Shown: positions 48,280 through 57,418 of the stretch, in pieces
How positions within the stretch are numbered: position 1 is the first letter of the stretch
Layout: every line of letters begins with the position of its first letter
Source: Caldisericia bacterium
Lineage (GTDB): Bacteria > Caldisericota > Caldisericia > JAAYUI01
DNA length: 64,000 nt
Reading direction: 5' to 3'
NCBI GenBank assembly: GCA_963674785.1
Contig: OY771555.1
Coordinates: forward strand, 74,511-138,510
Notes under the pieces: model-generated
Told to the model about the DNA's origin: nothing
Database searches by the model: none
The model's input: only the letters and a program-made list of their open reading frames with translations
Made by a program: the position numbers and the translations under genes

Positions 48280-49611
48280 CTAGTTGAGAGTTGTATCAGG
48301 ATAAGCTGCTAATTTAACGGTTTTTGTAATTTTCTTTCCATTTCTAACAATTTCCAAATCGACCTCATCACCTACTCTGTATTTTCTTGTTGCAACGAGA
48401 AGCTCTTCCATCGATTTAACCTCATAGTCGCCAATCTTCGTAATGACATCTTTCGTCTGAATATCTGCATCACGGGCTGGACCATAGGCAACTTCAGCGA
48501 CAATGACACCTGGTAAGTAATCTAATTCAATATCATCGGCTATGCTCTGTGTAAATGTTCCACCAGCAATACCGATATATGGCCAGGAGATCCTTCCATA
48601 TTTTATCAGGTCTTCTGCAACACGTTTAACGATATCTGATGAAATTGCAAATCCAAGATTATCGCCTTCGCGTTTGAATGTGTTGATTCCAACAACCTTT
48701 CCATCAAGAGTCACAAGAGGACCACCAGAGTTTCCAGGGTTGATTGCCGCATCAGTTTGAACAACACCCCAAAGTGTTTTTGATTTTACCTGTTGCGAAG
48801 TTCCTCCAAAACCAAAACCGAACATATCTCCACCATAACTTGGAGTTTCTTCAACATACTCCATATCAACAATTCGTTCATTGGCTGAAATTACACCTGT
48901 AGTTACTGTGTGGTCAAACTCATATGGATTTCCGATTGCAACAACTGGCTCACCAACCTTAAGTTTAGATGAATCACCCAACTCAGCATATGGAAGTTCA
49001 GCTGCATCAATCTTTAAAACAGCAAGGTCTGACATCTCGTCTGTTCCAACCAAGGTTGCCTGGAACTCTCTGTTGTCCTTTAGAGTAACCATAATCCTTG
49101 CTTGTTTACCTTCAACAACATGATTATTTGTTACGATATATGTTCCATCCTCTGTCCAAGGATTATCAATGATCACACCTGATCCAGCAGCCACCCTAGT
49201 TGAATACTGTGGCTGAGATCTTCTTCCAAAAAATCCACCATACGGATCACTTTGAGCAACTAAAGTTTCAACAGAGATTGAGACAACAGCAGGGCCAACT
49301 TTGTTTGCAACATCAATTACACCACTGTAATAGACATCGCCACTAGTCATCTCAACACTTGGTTCTGGATTATTTATAACAAGCGTTTCTTTACTGTTGA
49401 CTCCGGCCTGATAACCAACAAACGCTGCTCCTGCACCAAAGGTCAATGAGAAAACAAGTGCAATTGCAATAACACCGATCCATGTGGGTCTGCTTGGTTC
49501 TTTCTTTTTCAAATAAATCCCAACATCTTCTACAACTTCCTCCTTCATTCTCCCTGATGTTTCATCAACATCATTTTCAAAAACTTCTTCCACTTCTTCG
49601 TCATAACTCAT
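48280..49611 (-). CDS. htrA: HtrA/DegP-family periplasmic serine protease (trypsin-like plus PDZ) with an N-terminal TM
   Basis: The catalytic triad context is present: 'TNNHVVEG', 'DLAVLKID', 'GNSGGPLV'. A C-terminal PDZ-like region follows. Confidence 0.85.
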   Translation of the reverse strand: MSYDEEVEEVFENDVDETSGRMKEEVVEDVGIYLKKKEPSRPTWIGVIAIALVFSLTFGAGAAFVGYQAGVNSKETLVINNPEPSVEMTSGDVYYSGVIDVANKVGPAVVSISVETLVAQSDPYGGFFGRRSQPQYSTRVAAGSGVIIDNPWTEDGTYIVTNNHVVEGKQARIMVTLKDNREFQATLVGTDEMSDLAVLKIDAAELPYAELGDSSKLKVGEPVVAIGNPYEFDHTVTTGVISANERIVDMEYVEETPSYGGDMFGFGFGGTSQQVKSKTLWGVVQTDAAINPGNSGGPLVTLDGKVVGINTFKREGDNLGFAISSDIVKRVAEDLIKYGRISWPYIGIAGGTFTQSIADDIELDYLPGVIVAEVAYGPARDADIQTKDVITKIGDYEVKSMEELLVATRKYRVGDEVDLEIVRNGKKITKTVKLAAYPDTTLN

Positions 49612-49622
49612 AATTCTTCCTC

Positions 49623-50750
49623 CTAAAATCTAATTATTCTATACAATCTTCCATTACTCCTAAGAGTGCTACTGTCTTCGCTTTCAACAGTGTCATCCTT
49701 AGGAATGATATTTACGATAGTAAGCTTCCCATCAACTCTACTTCGCTCGAGCCTTACGAGAGCCTCACCTTCCATTAACTGTTTTGTCTGCATTTCAGTC
49801 ATCCCATTTATCGGCAATGATGTGTTTGGATTTGTTTCCCCAAACAATGGAAAAGCAAATGTCAAAGTCATGACAACAGGCAAAACATATGATGGAATAA
49901 ATTTCAAAAACGATCGTCTCTGCTTAGGGGAATCAGTCTCAAGAATTCTTTGAACTCTTACAGAAACCTGATCAATTGAAGTGATATTCTGTGCGCCATG
50001 TTGGGGGATGGTGTGTTTAGCACATAAAACAAGTGTCTCTGCGAGCGTCAATGGATTTTCAATCACCTCACAAGCTTTTTTGTCAGTTTCAACTTCAACA
50101 GTCAAATCATAATTCTTCCTGATAAAACTGGAAGGCACCAAAAAAGAAAGGGCTGAAATGACCATAAAACTCCACTTTGAAATCTGGTCTCTCCTGACAA
50201 TATGTGCTAACTCATGGGCGAGAAGTGCAGAAAGTCTTTCATCGGATAACATGTTTGCAATCTCATCAGATAAGTAGATCGAGTCATATGTTGAAAATGC
50301 AATACCTTTTGTTTTTCCAACAAAAATCTTTGGAGTCTCCACACCCATCTTTTTTACCAGGGGAACAAGCAAGGCTATTTCTCTATCAGTCGCAGGCTTA
50401 AATCCTTTTACCTTTTTTGAGAGTGCGACAAAACCAAGAACCAACCTCGCTATAACAAACCCAACAATCACCCATGGGATAGCTAATATCAAAAAATGCC
50501 ACGAATTCTTTATCACCATAAATGTTGCATTATACCACCCAACATTTGAGTAGTTGGTTGGGGCCAACATAACTTTTACAGTTTGAGGCAACATATCCGA
50601 CAGATACCAGGCACCAATAACAAAGCTAGTAAGAGAAAGTGATGCTACCACAAGCATTGCAATATAATTTTTGACATATGGCGTAATCAAAAACCAGATT
50701 GCTGGCAGTAAAAGTGTGAAATAGAGTCCGAACAGCAGATCGATATTCAT
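49623..50750 (-). CDS. BlaR1/MecR1-like M56 membrane metalloprotease lacking the penicillin-binding sensor domain
   Basis: Four TM helices and 'LLAHELAHIVRRDQ' (HExxH) in a cytoplasmic loop. It is 375 aa with only about 80 aa of C-terminal extracytoplasmic tail. Confidence 0.7.
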   Translation of the reverse strand: MNIDLLFGLYFTLLLPAIWFLITPYVKNYIAMLVVASLSLTSFVIGAWYLSDMLPQTVKVMLAPTNYSNVGWYNATFMVIKNSWHFLILAIPWVIVGFVIARLVLGFVALSKKVKGFKPATDREIALLVPLVKKMGVETPKIFVGKTKGIAFSTYDSIYLSDEIANMLSDERLSALLAHELAHIVRRDQISKWSFMVISALSFLVPSSFIRKNYDLTVEVETDKKACEVIENPLTLAETLVLCAKHTIPQHGAQNITSIDQVSVRVQRILETDSPKQRRSFLKFIPSYVLPVVMTLTFAFPLFGETNPNTSLPINGMTEMQTKQLMEGEALVRLERSRVDGKLTIVNIIPKDDTVESEDSSTLRSNGRLYRIIRF

Positions 50751-50753
50751 GAT

Positions 50754-51176
50754 TTATTTTTCCTTTGAATTCCTTTTCTGTTTTCTATCTGCGATCATCT
50801 TTTCCAAAATCTCGAGTTTTTCAATATCCCTCTTTTCGAGAATATCTAAAAAACCTTCAATAACAGGCTCAGTCATCGAGTCTGCAATCTTTCCTAAAAC
50901 CTTATGCATTGCCTGGTTATCGAGTTCCTCTTTTGTGTTTGCAGGTGCATAAACATAACATCTTCCTGATTTTTCTCGAGTAAAGACACCTTTTTTGGAT
51001 AATCTGTCGCATATAGTCATTATAGTTGTATACGCATAATCCTCAGGAATATTCTTTAAAATTTCCCTAACAGTTGCCTTCCCAAGCTCTAAACACGACT
51101 TAAAAACTTTTTTCTCAAGAGATCCGAGAGTAAGTCCGATCCCTTTCCCACTTGTTAATTTTACATTTTCTATTTC
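50754..51176 (-). CDS. BlaI/MecI/CopY-family transcriptional repressor. The start is at 'MEIENVKL'; the track ORF extends to 51215.
   Basis: 'LGSLEKKVFKSCLELGKATVREILKNIPEDYAYTTIMTICDRLSKKGVFTREKSGRCYVYAP' is the winged-helix penicillinase-repressor pattern. Confidence 0.7.
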   Translation of the reverse strand, partial: EIENVKLTSGKGIGLTLGSLEKKVFKSCLELGKATVREILKNIPEDYAYTTIMTICDRLSKKGVFTREKSGRCYVYAPANTKEELDNQAMHKVLGKIADSMTEPVIEGFLDILEKRDIEKLEILEKMIADRKQKRNSKEK

Positions 51177-51269
51177 CATAGTTCGTAGTATTGCACGTAG
51201 TAATACTATTGTCAATAGTATTTGTTTAACAATTTATACGATACCCAATAAATCCTTATAAATAAAACG

Positions 51270-51311
51270 TTTTATAAAAAGAAAAGGGGCAAAAAAGATT
51301 TGCCCCTTTAT
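51270..51311 (-). terminator. Rho-independent terminator downstream of the PQQ-repeat surface protein gene
   Basis: On the minus strand, 'AAAGGGGCAAATCTTTTTTGCCCCTTTT' is followed by a T-run. Confidence 0.65.
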
Positions 51312-51345
51312 AGTATTTGAACCAATATATATTCAAAAAGACGTA

Positions 51346-53511
51346 CTACGGTGAGAAAACCATCCTTACAGTTCTTGTATCTCCGTCCCATGAAACATCA
51401 GCACCGAAGGCTTCTGCAATTGCTCTGAATGGAACCATCGTTCGGCCATCTTTTATCTCTGGAGGTGTTGAAATTGACCTTAGTATACCATCAACCTCAT
51501 ACTCAGTTTTTCCAACCCAGAGAACAATCGATTTGTCAAATCTTTCAATAACAATTTTCTTTTCTTCACCAATCCACTGTACTTTTGCTCCGAAAGTTTC
51601 TGAAATAAATCTCAGAGGGACAAGTGTTCTTCCTTTGCTTGAAATATATGGAGCAACATCAAGTTGTATTGGTCGGAAATTCACATATGCAATCGGATTA
51701 CCAATTGTCATCGCAATTTCAATTTTCGGTTCTGTTGCAATCTTTACACCAACAGAAACCTGTTGACAAACCTCATTTTGAGTTGAAATCATGAGTCTTC
51801 CAACGGCTTCAGTGCCAGCTGGCACCCTTGATGCATTAACAGTTATTTTTAGAATTGCTTTTTTTCCAACAGAGGTAAAAGTTATCGGCTCAACATCAAT
51901 CCATCTGTCTTCACCCATAACCATTCCAGAAACTTCGTCATCGGTATCAAAAGTAATCTGGATAAGTTGGCTTTTTTCTTCACCACGTTCAATAAACCCA
52001 AAATCAATCTCTGTTGGTGCTACATCCATACAAGCTGGGGCTGGTGTGACAACCTTCCACCTAATAACTACATTTGTATCACCACCGTTACTCTTGATTT
52101 TTAGAAGTGCCTGATGGTTTCCATACTCAAGTCCGGATGGGTCAAGTTTAAGTCTTATTCTTCTATCGCTACCATTGCTGATACCCATAAAATCTGTTGG
52201 GTTGATGGATATATGATTGTCTTCACATGAAAGGTCGCCTTCAAGTTCTGACTCAAACTCATCATTCCTTTTGTTTATGATTGATATGTCTTTTGTTGGG
52301 GTTGAACCAAGTTCAACAACACCAAAATCAACCTCTACTGGCTCAACACCGAGAATAGGACCGGGTGTAAAAGCTTGAACCGTTCCATTCCAGGTACCAA
52401 CATAAACTGCATCATTGTAAATTACTGGAGTCGCTTGAACAATAGAACCTAAATCTTCCTTCCAAACCTCATTGCCTGTTCTCCACTCAAGACAATACAG
52501 ATGATTATCGTCTGAACCAAAATAGACATGGTCACCACCGATAACAGGTGAAGAGTAATTCCAACTCTCTGTAAAAAAATCCCCCCATACTTTTTCGCCA
52601 CTTTCCTGATAGCAGCATCTCACTTTACGGCTACCTGAACAGATAATCACTTTATCTTCTACTAGAGCTGGGGTTCCAAAAATTTTATCGCCAATATCTG
52701 ATGCCTCTAAATGCCATTCAAGAGTTCCATCATCTGCATCCAAACAATAAAAACCTGTCTCATTTGTGCCAAAAAACACCCTTCCGTCTTTAACCGATGA
52801 AGAGGATGTTACTGCAGACTTTGCTTCAAAATGGTTTTTCCAGGCTGAAGTTCCATCTTTCGCTTTGTAAGCATGCAAAAAACTTGAATGTGAACCACAG
52901 AGGATAAAATCCTTTTCAGCATAGTATGTTGGAGATGCCTCAATCATACCTCCAGTTTTTTGAACCCAAACCTGAGTACCATCATATAGATCTACACAAT
53001 AGAGCCTTCCATCATACGAACCAAAATATACCTTGTCCTCAATAACGAGAGGGGATGATCTGATTGCACCATCAGTATGAAATTTCCAAACCTCATCACC
53101 GTCTTGAAGGTCTGATTTTGCCTGCCTTAGAGCAATACAATACATATTCCCACTGTCAGAACCACACAGGACAACTTCCCCCGCGATTGTTGGCGAGCTT
53201 TGAACAATATCACCAGTTGGGTATGTCCAGTTAATTCTAAATGAACCCGTATCATAACAGTATATGTTTGTATCATGCGAACCGACAACCGCATATCTTT
53301 CAGTTATCGCAATGGATGATCTGATTGAATTTGTAGCCTGATATGCAATTCTTGTCAGAAATGGGGGCGATGCTTTATTTGTCGTGTACCCAGTACGTGC
53401 TGGATCATGATTCAACATCAGCCAATCCTCGCTCTTTTCTTCCTCGGCAAAAACAATCCCAGAAAACAAAAGAACAAACGCCATGATCGTGATTAATAGT
53501 TTTCTCATCAT
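51346..53511 (-). CDS. Secreted PQQ-like beta-propeller repeat protein with C-terminal copper-amine-oxidase-N-like domains. The start is at 'MMRKLLITIM'; the track ORF extends to 53625.
   Basis: Repeated 'Y..D..G...W' propeller blades ('NIYCYDTGSFRINWTY', 'RLYCVDLYDGTQVWVQ', 'HLYCLEWRTGNEVWKE'). The C-terminus has 'LDVAPYISSKGRTLVPLRFISETFGAKVQWIGEEKKIVI...DGRTMVPFRAIAEAFGADVSWDGDTRTV'. Confidence 0.75.
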   Translation of the reverse strand: MMRKLLITIMAFVLLFSGIVFAEEEKSEDWLMLNHDPARTGYTTNKASPPFLTRIAYQATNSIRSSIAITERYAVVGSHDTNIYCYDTGSFRINWTYPTGDIVQSSPTIAGEVVLCGSDSGNMYCIALRQAKSDLQDGDEVWKFHTDGAIRSSPLVIEDKVYFGSYDGRLYCVDLYDGTQVWVQKTGGMIEASPTYYAEKDFILCGSHSSFLHAYKAKDGTSAWKNHFEAKSAVTSSSSVKDGRVFFGTNETGFYCLDADDGTLEWHLEASDIGDKIFGTPALVEDKVIICSGSRKVRCCYQESGEKVWGDFFTESWNYSSPVIGGDHVYFGSDDNHLYCLEWRTGNEVWKEDLGSIVQATPVIYNDAVYVGTWNGTVQAFTPGPILGVEPVEVDFGVVELGSTPTKDISIINKRNDEFESELEGDLSCEDNHISINPTDFMGISNGSDRRIRLKLDPSGLEYGNHQALLKIKSNGGDTNVVIRWKVVTPAPACMDVAPTEIDFGFIERGEEKSQLIQITFDTDDEVSGMVMGEDRWIDVEPITFTSVGKKAILKITVNASRVPAGTEAVGRLMISTQNEVCQQVSVGVKIATEPKIEIAMTIGNPIAYVNFRPIQLDVAPYISSKGRTLVPLRFISETFGAKVQWIGEEKKIVIERFDKSIVLWVGKTEYEVDGILRSISTPPEIKDGRTMVPFRAIAEAFGADVSWDGDTRTVRMVFSP

Positions 53512-53721
53512 GAAAAATACAATAGCATAAAAAAAATGTTTAATCAAATTTTTATGAAGGATTTCTCCCCATGAAACCAAAAACCAAATAGGACTCATTA
53601 GCAAGAAGATTTCTTCAAATTCCAAAGCACACTCGCTGAATAATTATACATAATATTAAATATTAAACAAGTATCAATCTCTTTGTTGTTTAAAAATGTC
53701 GAAAACATAATATTAGTTGCA

Positions 53722-54906
53722 ATGAAGAGGAGCTGTATCTTGATCGTTCTAGACGGATTGGGCATTGGCCCAATGTCAGATTCCTCGGACTATGGTGACG
53801 ATGGCGCAAACACTCTCAAACATGCCACTGGTAATGGAAAACTTCCCTTGCCAAACCTGGAAAAATTTGGACTCTATAATTTTCTTGCTAGAGACAAACA
53901 ACCATCAAAAGCTAGTTGGTCTGAGATATGCCCGAGGTCTATCGGTAAGTCCTCTATAGAGGGACACTGGGAGATGATGGGTATCGTTACAAAAAAGAAG
54001 ATGCCAACTTATCCTAACGGTTTCTCAGAAGACATTTTAAACGAGCTTTCTTCAAGAATTGGAAGAGATGTATTGTTCGGTGAACCTGCATCAGGGACTG
54101 AAATCATAAACAGATTAGGTGGACTTCACATGGAGACAGGTTCTCCAATCGTATATACATCTGCTGATTCAGTCCTTCAAATTGCAGCCCACGAAGACGT
54201 TATCCCCGTAAAAGAGCTTTATGAAATATGCTATGTTGCAAGGCATATGATGGTTGGAGAAAATGAAGTTGCCAGAATCATTGCAAGACCTTTCGTTGGA
54301 ACTCAGGAAAACTTTAAACGAACAAACAGGAGGAAAGATTTTCCCGTACAGATTCCAATACCGAACAATCTCTTCAAAATAAGAGAAGCAAACATCCCAA
54401 TATCATGCGTCGGAAGAACAACAGATTTTTTCGGTAACTATTGCACAAGGAGCGACAAACCTGTAAATATTGAGGAATCCCTTCAATCAACAAGGATGTA
54501 CAAGAAACTTCTTGGTGGATTCATCTTCCTTAACCTTGGAGATTTTGACAGCAAATATGGACATAGACGTGATGTTGATGGGTTTGCAAATGAACTGAAA
54601 AAGCTTGATGAGCTTTGGGAATCTTTCCTTCAACCCCTCACATCAAATGATCTTTTGATCGTAACATCTGATCACGGCAATGACCCAACAAACACAACTC
54701 ACACTGACCATACACGGGAAAAAACATTTGTTCTTGCACTTTTAAAAGGGTTTGAAGGACTGAAACTTGAAAACATCGAAATGGTCGATATAAGCGCAAC
54801 CATCTGTGATTTCTTTGGATTAACCCCTGAAAACGGCAAATCTTTTTTGAAGCAAGTCATGAAGAAGAAAAAAAGAAGGACTACTGGTTTCAACTCAGCT
54901 TCATAA
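53722..54906 (+). CDS. deoB: Phosphopentomutase. The start is at 'MKRSCILIVLD'.
   Basis: 'ILIVLDGLGIG...GDDGANTLKH...EGHWEMMG...YTSADSVLQIAAHE...ARIIARPFVG...DFDSKYGHRRDVDGFA...TSDHGNDPT...TDHTRE' aligns along its whole length with E. coli DeoB motifs. Confidence 0.9.
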   Translation: MKRSCILIVLDGLGIGPMSDSSDYGDDGANTLKHATGNGKLPLPNLEKFGLYNFLARDKQPSKASWSEICPRSIGKSSIEGHWEMMGIVTKKKMPTYPNGFSEDILNELSSRIGRDVLFGEPASGTEIINRLGGLHMETGSPIVYTSADSVLQIAAHEDVIPVKELYEICYVARHMMVGENEVARIIARPFVGTQENFKRTNRRKDFPVQIPIPNNLFKIREANIPISCVGRTTDFFGNYCTRSDKPVNIEESLQSTRMYKKLLGGFIFLNLGDFDSKYGHRRDVDGFANELKKLDELWESFLQPLTSNDLLIVTSDHGNDPTNTTHTDHTREKTFVLALLKGFEGLKLENIEMVDISATICDFFGLTPENGKSFLKQVMKKKKRRTTGFNSAS

Positions 54907-54957
54907 GCATAAAAAAAGACCTTGCCTTATCCAAAATTATTTATAAAGTCATAAATA

Positions 54958-55725
54958 ATGAATGACGTTTCTGTTGCAAAAATCTGGAGGGAATTCACAA
55001 AGTCTGATTATCCCATAACAGACTCCAGTCAGATTAATCCACTAGCTTTTTCAATTTTGCTGGATGAAATCCATGATTCAGAATTTCGAAGAACTCCTGA
55101 ATGGCATATTAATGAAGGAAGACTCTGTTTTATGCCTAGACTTCGAAACGAAAAACATCAAATCTGTATAAGATTCAAGAAAGACTCAGGTGGCAACTGG
55201 AAATTTCACTCAACACTACCAGTTAACACTAGGATAGATAAAATCGAATCCATTCCAACAAATTGTTTTCCTACATTACCCATACAGGAACTTAGATGGA
55301 AAAGGGAAACCTTTGAAACTGAGATGAGGGTTGATCTTTTCAACACTCTGAAGGAACTTAAAGGCTCACAATTTGCAATTGAGTGGTTTGCAGACGGTGA
55401 TGAGTTCAGAGAGCTAATAATCGAAATGCTCCCATTTTTGCCATGTCACAAAGCATTTATTTACTATAAGTGCTGGTTCCACTCTCAACTGCTTGGCGAG
55501 ACTACAAATCTTTTAGTATTTGATGAAAACAAAGCTGAGATCGAACTTGAAAGATGCAAGCATCTTGCAATATATGAGCAAAACAGGAAGATCAAAAAGC
55601 AAATCGACAAGAGAACCTATCTAGCTTTATATGAAACAACCTGGGATGATAGAGCAGGAAAATGTGGATGGAACGTAAAGATTTCATATTCTGATTTGTC
55701 TACTCACTTTCTTTTGACAAGATGA
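54958..55725 (+). CDS. Hypothetical protein (255 aa)
   Basis: Long ORF with no recognised motif. Its stop overlaps the next gene's start. Confidence 0.5.
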   Translation: MNDVSVAKIWREFTKSDYPITDSSQINPLAFSILLDEIHDSEFRRTPEWHINEGRLCFMPRLRNEKHQICIRFKKDSGGNWKFHSTLPVNTRIDKIESIPTNCFPTLPIQELRWKRETFETEMRVDLFNTLKELKGSQFAIEWFADGDEFRELIIEMLPFLPCHKAFIYYKCWFHSQLLGETTNLLVFDENKAEIELERCKHLAIYEQNRKIKKQIDKRTYLALYETTWDDRAGKCGWNVKISYSDLSTHFLLTR

Positions 55726-56105
55726 GGATCGCAATTCCATCTTTTCAAAACCATAAAAATTCTTTTCTCTCCAGTCATTTCGGTAAAGCAACCTATATGG
55801 CAATAATAGATGTTGAAGGAAAAGATATTAAATTCGACTTCAAACCATTCCCCCACGAAACATGTGGCGAACTCGCCCTAAAATTGAAAAAAGAGGGCAT
55901 TGAATTGATCCTTACAAACGCTTTGGCTGCAAGGATTTTGCAAGTATTTCAGAAGTTTGGAATCAAAGTCTATAGGAGTTTTGGCCTTACAATTTCTGAA
56001 GCACTCTCAAGCTACCTATCTGGAAAAATCGAAGAATTACCTGCAAATGATATCCATCATCATCCACCAAACCCAGGCATAAAAGGTGGGATTAAGAGCT
56101 CTTGA
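55722..56105 (+). CDS. NifX/NafY-like dinitrogenase FeMo-cofactor-binding-fold protein
   Basis: 'MRIAIPS...LSSHFGKATYMAIIDVEGKDIKF...CGELALKLKKEGIELILTNALAARILQVFQKFGIKVY' is the Nitro_FeMo-Co family pattern. Confidence 0.65.
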   Translation: MRIAIPSFQNHKNSFLSSHFGKATYMAIIDVEGKDIKFDFKPFPHETCGELALKLKKEGIELILTNALAARILQVFQKFGIKVYRSFGLTISEALSSYLSGKIEELPANDIHHHPPNPGIKGGIKSS

Positions 56106-56157
56106 CAAGCATGCTATAAAATGTATTATGAACATATGCTCATAAATAAGGTAACGT

Positions 56158-56814
56158 ATGCCTAGACCAAAACATTGCAGATTTGTAAGCAAACATCGAG
56201 ATGAATATGCTGAAACATGCACAAAAAAGATAGTTATTCATTCTGATGAACTTGAGGCGTTAAGGCTTAATGCAATCGAGTCGCTACATCAAGAAAAAGC
56301 TGCAAAAATGATGGGAGTTTCCAGGGCTACTTATGGTAGAATTTTGAAATCCTGTCTTAAAAAGGTTGCGTTGGCATTGGTTTCTGGACATGAGATAATC
56401 GTTTCAGATGTTCCTTGGGTTGTGAGTGAAAAAGTTTCGAAGGAGAAAAAAATGAACAAAATTATTGCACTTCCAGTTATGAATAATGATGAAAACACAG
56501 AGGTTTCTGCCCACTTCGGACATGCCCCATTCTTTGCAATTGTCTCTGATAAAGACATCAGCTTCATTGAAAACCATCATGGTGGTGGATGCGGGGATGT
56601 TGTGCAGGTTCTTAAGAACAAAGATGTGGATGTCCTACTTGTAAAGGGTATTGGTGGAAGACCAAAAATTATCTGCGACCAGTTGGGAATCGAAGTATAC
56701 AGAGCATACGGAAATACAATTTCAGAATGCGTTAAGGCATGGGGAGAAGGATCAAACGAGACAGACGTTTCCTGTAACCATAAATCCGAAGACCACAAAA
56801 ACTGCAACCACTAA
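56158..56814 (+). CDS. Fusion of DUF134 (UPF0251 HTH) with a NifX-like FeMo-cofactor-binding-fold domain
   Basis: N-terminus 'MPRPKHCRFVSKHRDEYAETCTKKIVIHSDELEALRLNAIESLHQEKAAKMMGVSRATYGRILKSCLKK' is DUF134. C-terminus 'IALPVMNNDENTEVSAHFGHAPFFAIV...VDVLLVKGIGGRPKIICDQLGIEVY' is NifX-like. Confidence 0.65.
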   Translation: MPRPKHCRFVSKHRDEYAETCTKKIVIHSDELEALRLNAIESLHQEKAAKMMGVSRATYGRILKSCLKKVALALVSGHEIIVSDVPWVVSEKVSKEKKMNKIIALPVMNNDENTEVSAHFGHAPFFAIVSDKDISFIENHHGGGCGDVVQVLKNKDVDVLLVKGIGGRPKIICDQLGIEVYRAYGNTISECVKAWGEGSNETDVSCNHKSEDHKNCNH

Positions 56815-56869
56815 CAGTCTTTAGATCACGAAAACAATCAGGTAGTCTGTAAAGCCAGCTTGGCGTGAA

Positions 56870-57316
56870 TCAGGCTATCTGATTTGTTCCCACTTCATCA
56901 CCCAGATCATCATCTTCAACGTCGAAATCATCTTCGATTGACCAATCTTCTTTTTCCTCTTCCTCGTCGGTCTCATCCGATACATAGGCAAGAAAATCAT
57001 CAACCAATTCCTCCGCTTTTGAGGCGTTCTGAGCAAGCGTTACAACCAAAACACTGTCGCTGGAAGTGTCTTTTAAAAGCTCTCTTGCAGGCGAATCAAA
57101 ATCAACATACGCTGCAGAAATATCGTTGTTTCTTAAAAACTCAACAAGAGCTTGAGCCTCTGATAAAGACTCTGCGGTGTACACAACCACCGGAACAATG
57201 TCTGATTCTAATTCAGATTCATCATAGAGAGTGATATCCTCATCGCACTCTTGACATATCTCGTCTTCAAGATTGATAAAAGACCCACAACTCGGACACA
57301 CATATATCCCTTTCAT
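56870..57316 (-). CDS. Acidic zinc-ribbon protein (148 aa)
   Basis: 'CPSCGSFINLEDEICQEC' is a zinc ribbon, followed by an Asp/Glu-rich body. Confidence 0.5.
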   Translation of the reverse strand: MKGIYVCPSCGSFINLEDEICQECDEDITLYDESELESDIVPVVVYTAESLSEAQALVEFLRNNDISAAYVDFDSPARELLKDTSSDSVLVVTLAQNASKAEELVDDFLAYVSDETDEEEEKEDWSIEDDFDVEDDDLGDEVGTNQIA

Positions 57317-57418
57317 TAGATTTCAATTCTATTAATTCCATTTCTATCTGTCAAATACAAATGGTTTAATTTTTTCTTGATATTTTCTGCTAGTATTATT
57401 GAATCGAGGTGTGGAATG

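Noticed and set aside
53683-53721. Track start codons upstream of the conserved N-termini (deoB at 53683, the PQQ protein at 53625, the giant protein at 48186, FGGY kinase at 41250)
   Set aside because: In each case an internal Met immediately precedes the conserved N-terminal motif or signal peptide, and the upstream extension is non-conserved hydrophobic or odd sequence. I used the internal starts, but these remain predictions.
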